DNA of 55,431 bases, the filler included, from Porpidia crustulata (lineage: Eukaryota), in NCBI GenBank assembly GCA_964255105.1. It is 4 parts of 4 records of this genome, joined end to end, with 100 filler letters (N's around TTAATTAATTAA, not from the genome) between each part and the next. Parts side by side here need not be neighbours in the genome. Positions count along the whole stretch, not along the records: positions 41,693 to 55,431 come from CAXUWE010000415.1; 3 more parts are not named here. One strand, 5' to 3'. Below are positions 48,871 through 55,431 of this stretch, piece after piece. Positions within the stretch are counted from its first letter, which is position 1, and the number at the start of each line of letters is the position of its first letter. The position numbers and the translations under genes were made by a program. The notes under the pieces were generated by a model. That model was not told the origin of the DNA and made no database searches. It was given only the letters and a program-made list of their open reading frames with translations.

Positions 48871-49767
48871 CACATATCGTCAGGACCAGAAACTTTCCGG
48901 CTTTCCGGCACAGGCTCCATCCCTTGTCGGAGTGAACATTCTTCCGTATTTTGCTCTTTTTTATGATTTCAACCATGACGTAGGCGTCTGCGAAGGAAAA
49001 CGCAATATGAAGCATAATAAGATGATGCCTGTTTTAAAACTGCTCCATAATATCAACCATCAGCACTTATCCAGCGTTTTTTTAATTCTTGCTTGTGATA
49101 AAGAAGTTACTGGAGAAGGTCCATGGCTTCCAGGCTAGAACCTGGACCAGCATCTGTGGTGGGACCTAGGCTGGCACATATGATGGCTCCAGCTGGAGGC
49201 CTTGTGCGATTGCTTACGGAAAGGCTGCGATTCCCAAATACTTCGCCTGAGCAGCCCCCCAAGTCCTTCGCCCCAGTGGTGAGTCCTACTATCAAATGCA
49301 GTGGATGTTTTCTTGAGTATGTGACCCCCATATTGCTTCGAAAATCTATGAGCCGGTAGGTCAGTAGTGACTCTGGCAACGTTGGTATTATGAAAAGCTA
49401 ACAGGATGTGTCGGTAGAATAGGAGCGAGTATTAGATAAATCAGGGTTTTGAAATCAGTGCTGTAGAAGGCATTTATCAGGAGAGTTGGAAGTCGGAATT
49501 GCAGGAGCGAATTACCATATAATTTAATTCGAGTGCGAGGCCTTATCGTAGAAGCTAGTACGGTGGAAGACAGTACTGCTGAAATTGACGCTGATGAGAT
49601 TATTTTTATTAGCAGTTATTCCTTGAAAGCCCCTTGAACGATACAAATTTGTATGTCCAAGGCCGCGACTTTGATGGTATTGAATACATTAGATCCGAGA
49701 GAAAAAACGATTAGATTCAGTCGTGTAGGGGGAGGCGAAAGTCAGTCAATTAGCGGCAAGTTGGATT

Positions 49768-49833
49768 GAAATTGTAAAAAATCTCAGAGAATACTCGAAA
49801 GAAATTGTAAAAAATCTCAGAGAATACTCGAAA
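49768..49833. repeat. Perfect 33-bp tandem duplication
   Basis: gaaattgtaaaaaatctcagagaatactcgaaa x2. Confidence 0.95.
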
Positions 49834-49969
49834 AAAGACCCTCTTTCATGCGAATCATTTCCTTGAACGACGCAGACCGACGATAACAGTGCTTATGAAA
49901 TCACGTTCAAAACAAATTCCTACCAGATTCGCCGACATGCCAATGGGTGTAACCAATTGTGACACCGGC

Positions 49970-52096
49970 CTAGCAGTACCCGATGACAACCCCCCAATTT
50001 GGCATGCGCTCCAGCGTACAGCTGGGACATCTCATCGCGAGTCGGCCGCCGAGATTTTTTGATTGGCCTACAAGGAATAGAGCCCAAGCACGATCGCCCT
50101 GGACCGACACATATGTAGGTGTGTCGCCTCCGATTCCAACGGGCTTGACAAAGCGATTTTCAGCCCATTTTGATGCTTTCACGTTGATCACATCCCTTGA
50201 GGCCTCATGACCCGAGCAGCTTTGCCGCTCGTCCGTACTGCGAAGCAGACCTTGAAATACACCAAATATACCGGTAGTCCCAATGAGGGAGCCGTTGACT
50301 CGACCTGCTAGAGAGAGATCTGGGCTGTTGTAATGGGATGGCCGCTCGATTGAAAGGTAGAGCCTTACGTCAGGAGGTGCTTGGTGCGCTTTCCCTTTCC
50401 ATGGCCCAGTCATAGCTTGTACAGTAGACACACTATCTTCCAAAATGTCTTCGACGTCAGTATATCCTCTCAAGGCAGCTGTAGTACCACTTGTTATAGA
50501 ACCATTACGACGGACTGTCACGTTAGCCCAGTAGAAGTCAACGCACTTTAGATGAATCGACTCCACGCTGGGCTCCGTCTCTAATTCTGAGAGAAGCACT
50601 GGTATGATTGAATAGATTCCAGAACGCCAAGCAATGGTCGTCCTAGCCCGCTGGTGAATCAGTTCAGGATTGTGGGCACAATGAATCGTTGCAAGAAGAT
50701 GCACCGCTGTGGCGTAATCGAAGCCGCTCCCCAAGCCCTGATCGAGAACATTACACATACAATCTAGCCATATAGAGGTTGACAAGCTCATTTGCGTAGC
50801 ATGCTGGGAATTAATAAAACTTTCCCCAGCAATTTGGCCCACAAGGGAGAGCACAATACAGGCAGTGATTACACGGTGATGACAAACTGCTTCCGGCACT
50901 CTATCGTAGCCAGCAATATCATTCGTGTGTTCTCTTATCTGGTCCAAGGTTTCTTGGTTGGCGATTGCTATGTAATAAGGCGCGAGTGTGCCAGCAGACA
51001 GCGGGAAAAAAATGGCTGCAAAACGCATCGACATCGGGTCCGGATTTGGAGGTTTCGAGACGTATTCCATTCTCACTGGCACGTCTCCAGATACGCCTCG
51101 ATAGTGGATTTCCGTGGTTCGCTGGATTATTGTGTAAACTTCCTCAAAATGGAACTGGCATTCTTCGGGGTACAAATCTGATTGGCTCTCAAGGGAGGTC
51201 AACAGCATTGCTCCGATAGTTTCGAAGCGGTAATGCAACGTATGGGATAATTGAATCAACTCTCCGGGGTCAAACATGAGAGGATCGGTCTTTGAAAATC
51301 CCCCCAAAACCAAGATGACAGACTTCACGCCCAGAGATTCTGGTCTTTCCCCTACTCCATGCCAGCTTTGAATTTCCCCGATCATGTATCCGACGCTCCT
51401 TAAACAATAAGCTACACGTGCAACAAGAGCGCTCCTTGTGGCGTATGCTCCATGATCCTCAGATAAAACCCATTTCAGAAATCCGCAAACCATATCTATT
51501 TCTGTTGGCGGAGCTGCACTGATATCTTCACAGAACAGTTTTGCGCGCAGCCAATGACGATCTCCAACTGGTGCATTCAGATCCCTCGTCGCCTGCGTAA
51601 GAAGCGCGGTGATTCCATGTAGTGCACCTTCGTTCAAGATTTGTCGGGTGTGAGATTCGTCATTCAATTGGCTGTGGATAGCTTCCACTACTTCTTGAGA
51701 TTCGAATAATGCAGGCGCCATGCATCGTGTAAACAGTGAGACGGCTGTATGACCATCTGTTTCGTGAGCCAGCGCGCAGATTGTAAGACCTATAAGCTGT
51801 GTGCGGATGTCACCTCCGAAAGAGTCCTTAGGCTGGTCGACTTCGCACGAAAGTGGGCCACGTGCGGTGAGAAGATGGCCAGTACCTGGCAGAAGCTTCA
51901 GATTTGTGTCCAGGTGCAGTTCAGATGCTCTCCTAGAAAGAGCACCTCTCCAATTTGACAGAAGAAACCGTGTTCCATCCAAACCACCAAGCCAGCCATA
52001 TGTCGAATGCGCTGCTGAAAGCAAAGAAACAATATCTGCTGTGCCAACATGAGTTTGAATCATATTTCCTTTTTCACGGAATACAAATGTGGTCAT
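49970..52096 (-). CDS. Hypothetical protein, 708 aa (alternative start ATG 52063)
   Basis: Intronless 2.1-kb ORF with globular composition; C-terminal CSGH...CPSC; no family recognised. Confidence 0.75.
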   Translation of the reverse strand: MTTFVFREKGNMIQTHVGTADIVSLLSAAHSTYGWLGGLDGTRFLLSNWRGALSRRASELHLDTNLKLLPGTGHLLTARGPLSCEVDQPKDSFGGDIRTQLIGLTICALAHETDGHTAVSLFTRCMAPALFESQEVVEAIHSQLNDESHTRQILNEGALHGITALLTQATRDLNAPVGDRHWLRAKLFCEDISAAPPTEIDMVCGFLKWVLSEDHGAYATRSALVARVAYCLRSVGYMIGEIQSWHGVGERPESLGVKSVILVLGGFSKTDPLMFDPGELIQLSHTLHYRFETIGAMLLTSLESQSDLYPEECQFHFEEVYTIIQRTTEIHYRGVSGDVPVRMEYVSKPPNPDPMSMRFAAIFFPLSAGTLAPYYIAIANQETLDQIREHTNDIAGYDRVPEAVCHHRVITACIVLSLVGQIAGESFINSQHATQMSLSTSIWLDCMCNVLDQGLGSGFDYATAVHLLATIHCAHNPELIHQRARTTIAWRSGIYSIIPVLLSELETEPSVESIHLKCVDFYWANVTVRRNGSITSGTTAALRGYTDVEDILEDSVSTVQAMTGPWKGKAHQAPPDVRLYLSIERPSHYNSPDLSLAGRVNGSLIGTTGIFGVFQGLLRSTDERQSCSGHEASRDVINVKASKWAENRFVKPVGIGGDTPTYVSVQGDRAWALFLVGQSKNLGGRLAMRCPSCTLERMPNWGVVIGYC

Positions 52097-53123
52097 TTCG
52101 AGTTATGAATGAGAGCTCCTGAGACGCCTGTTCCTTTATGGAGGTCCAATTGGAGATACTTTTCATCTCAATGTCTCTTTTCGCGTCAGCGAATGGACCA
52201 GTGGCAATCTTTGCGCACGTTGCAGGGTTGCTTGACCTGCCGCTGCAGTTATGAGACGCTATTGATAATGTCCAGGATTTCTGATATATCTCAGTATCGA
52301 GGTGAGAAAACTTGGTAAGCGATCGCATTGCGATGGATTAGGCCAAGGTTCGACATTTGATTTAGGCAGCAACCTTCTCAAGAAAAGTTCAGGTTACACA
52401 GGGGAACGCTTTAGGCAGCCACTCCAAATAGTTTTAAGTACCACCAGTCAAGTGCTGAAATAACACAGTGAGAAGACCTCGTGAAATGGCGTGGAAGCCA
52501 TGGCAAATCGGGCGAGTTCTCACTTGCACACAAAATATCCGCGTTTAGGTAGATATCTGCCTAGGTACAGCCGCAATGGATAGCGTCTGGCGGAAACTCA
52601 TGGACTGCTCCGTTCATTGTCGCCATACTTACATTACGCATCAAGTATGGGTTAACAAGGCCTTATAGATATTTATATATCTATTATAGACCTCTGCCGC
52701 AGTGCCACAGCGCGTAGTCGCATTAAGCGAAGTCAAACCTGGAAGTACGGAATCCATTGAGTCTGGCGCTTGCATTGTATGAACAGAGAAGGGAATCAGA
52801 TCATGATAGGCACGAGCTGAAAGAAATCAATCATCGAGCTACTTTATACAAAGTGGTAAACAAGGTGAACACAGTCTTCACCCTTGGAATTGCATTCCTG
52901 CTGGCACAATTCCCTATCGCTTTGCACCTTCAATTTAAGATGAGGCAATTGTGTAGGAAGCTAGTTATTTCTTTGAGCTACGACATTGGGATAAGTTTGC
53001 CTTTTGGACGACAACGCGTTGTGTTTGCTAAGTCGGCGCCTGGAAGTCTGCTCCCTGCAAACCCGGGTCTTAAGACTCACCAATTTCTCACGGCCAGAGT
53101 CTTCTACCATTACGATTACCATT

Positions 53124-54770
53124 ATAGCTCTACTTCTTCTTCCCCTGGAGATTTTTTATCAGATTCTAGATCTCGCCGTCGCCAGCTTAGGCTTCAGGCA
53201 AGCCATCAAGTTTCGTTTCGTCTGTAGTGAGTGTACTAACGCAATATTCCGCCTTATACACAACTGACATCATCAGAGTCTTTCAAGCGTGAGACGATCC
53301 GTGCTTATGCGAGGACTGAACTTTTCAAAGACTACTATCATCAATCCTGGAATGAGTGGGGTCAGTTGGGCAAGTCGCGGACCAACTTCGTGGCAAGATA
53401 CCTAGTAGAACGACCGCACACGACGAACACGCCAACAAATAGCAATTTTGCGGCCCTGGTAAATTATGTCGTGGACCAACTCGTAGAAGGCAGCAACGAG
53501 GACATATCTGAGCAATTACGGTATCAATATATGAAGGTTCTCTGCTTGGAAGTCACTGACACCTTGCCCGGCGCAGTACTCCAGAACATCTTTCCCAAAA
53601 CGGCACAACCGGTTTCTAAATTTGAGGACCGTTATCATGTCATCACAGCAGCAGTACTCGTCGGAGAATCCTCCATTGTCAAACGAGTGCTTGAAGACAA
53701 GTACCTGAATATCGCAGAGGTTCGCAGCGAATTCTGGGGCACACCGTTGCATGCCGCAGTAGTGATAAGAAATCGTGAGCTTGTCCGGGAGCTTCTAGAT
53801 CGTGGAGTAGATGTCAACATGAGAGCACCTGGCACACGTTTTGTACCGCTTGAGGCGGCATACTTCAATCGCGATGAGGAGACTGTTCGTCTTTTACTCG
53901 AGCCCCGCTACAAATTGACTAAGCGTGGCAGAGTATTCAATAATGCCATCGTATCGTCTCTGAGCTGTAATCAACCCAGTATAGCACGTCTGCTACTTGC
54001 TGACCTTGAAACTAAGTTATCCGAATCGAGGTATATTCTGAGCGACGGGCTCCGTGCGGCCTGTAGACACGGAATGACTGATATAGTTCAGATACTACTC
54101 GACAATGGAGGCGATGTAAATGAGCAACGAAATACAGGGGATGGGTGTCCTTCGCCTAGTCTTATCCAGCAGGCTGTATGGACTGGACAGGAAGAAGTCC
54201 TGCGTTTGCTACTCGCCAGAGGTGCAAACCCATATGGTCGAGAACTTGGAAGCGACTCGATGTGTGCAGCGGCTTGGGGTGGCCGTATTGGTGCCACGAA
54301 AATACTTCTGGATGCTGGTTTACGACTAGAGCCTAGACAGTGGCTGAGAGGACTCGAGGTAGCCGCCCCTCTCAAAGGGTCCAAAAGAATGGGCCCGAAT
54401 GCTCCTCGATCATGGCATCATTAAATTCGATGAGTTTCACAGAGATCCCAAAGTCTTTGAGTATTCTCTGCCCATTATCATTGGCTACGCTTGTCAGCAG
54501 GGAAACATAGCCTTGGTCCAGGCGCTAGTGCAGCATGGTGTCGCCCTGAATGAAGTTGCATTATATACACCACAGGCAGTTCCTCCACCAATCACAATAG
54601 CAATGGCCTTCCGGCAAGATCGCATGGTGCAAGTATTGCGCGAGCTTGGAGCCACGGAAGTAGACCCGATTGATACTATCTTCGGCGACGGCTTTGCAGC
54701 AGGCAAATTTCCGTGTGATCCACCACCTCCTCCAGAATGTAGGATGCTTTGGAGATGTGAAGGAAACTAG
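53124..54770 (+). pseudogene. F-box-like plus ankyrin-repeat protein, disrupted as assembled (ATA at expected start; +1 frameshift at 54383-86); intron 53227-53276
   Basis: LLLLPLEIFYQILD...FRFVCK F-box-like exon, GTGAGT...CTGAC...CAG intron, ankyrin motifs GTPLHAAV...LLDRGVDVN, LLDNGGDVN, LLARGANP; removing one A joins ...GSKEWARMLLDHG. Confidence 0.7.
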
Positions 54771-55431
54771 GAGTGGTATTAATTATCACCTTCTGTTACG
54801 TTCAATTCTACTTACCTAAATACGTCAATTGGGATGATAGCATGAAATTGTCAAATTATGAGTGTGAGCACGGATGAATGGCAAACGAACAATGAAGCAA
54901 ACAGGAAACGAAGATACATGGAGTAGACTCAGCATTAGAATCCAGTCACCATGCGTACGAGTTCAAAATACAGTCGAGCAATTCCGTCGGACCATCAAGC
55001 CAGCAAAGACTTGTGGTACTACCACAGCACGTCTAACCACTTCCGACCCTTCACAGTCGAATTCCAAGCTTTCACTCATACCCATCGTCTCATGATTTAT
55101 TCCTACGATTTCTTTCCGCCCATTTGATCTCTCTCCATCTAAAAATTGCCGACGGTGTTATGAGCTGCGATTCTGTCTCCGTAGATTCCATCGAAACATC
55201 CCTTCTTCCACCATCTCCTTATCGCACAAACCCACCTGCTTCATACATTTAAAGTTGTTCTTGAAAAGAATTCGCTTCCAATGATCTCCGATCGCACGGG
55301 GTTTCCTACCCCGGAGGCGCTTCACACCGCCTCGCAAGGATGGCTCGATAGATACACTAACAACGGCGCATCCCCAATTCAGCTCTACATCTTGTTGTCC
55401 ACAAAACCCCCCACACATCCCCACAATAATA

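Overview
Eukaryotic DNA from a filamentous ascomycete (Pezizomycotina-type genes, ~50-100 nt GT-AG introns with CTAAC/CTGAC branch sites). The window is not one locus. Three identical 100-nt artificial spacers (N44-TTAATTAATTAA-N44) join four pieces of 13809, 13805, 13778 and 13739 bp, which looks like size-sorted contigs. Piece 1: 5' end of HUS1, a GAS2/GAR-domain protein, a small MGCC-acylated protein, a decayed secreted Cys-rich protein gene, a SLATT-domain protein and a coiled-coil tail-anchored protein. Piece 2: RTC4-like, DUF726 hydrolase, a conserved hypothetical protein, PWP1 and PRP16 (truncated), plus a ~270-nt intergenic segment that folds extensively on the + strand (unidentified ncRNA candidate, the best novelty lead). 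Piece 3: MKK1-type MAPKK with a GC-AG intron, a peroxisomal (SKL) D-2-hydroxyacid dehydrogenase, a DUF3433 membrane protein and an AA5 copper radical oxidase with three CBM18 modules. Piece 4: ~8 kb of gene-poor relic DNA with two MITE-like elements, a 708-aa hypothetical protein and a disrupted F-box/ankyrin gene. Family assignments rest on recalled motifs; no searches or folding programs were run.
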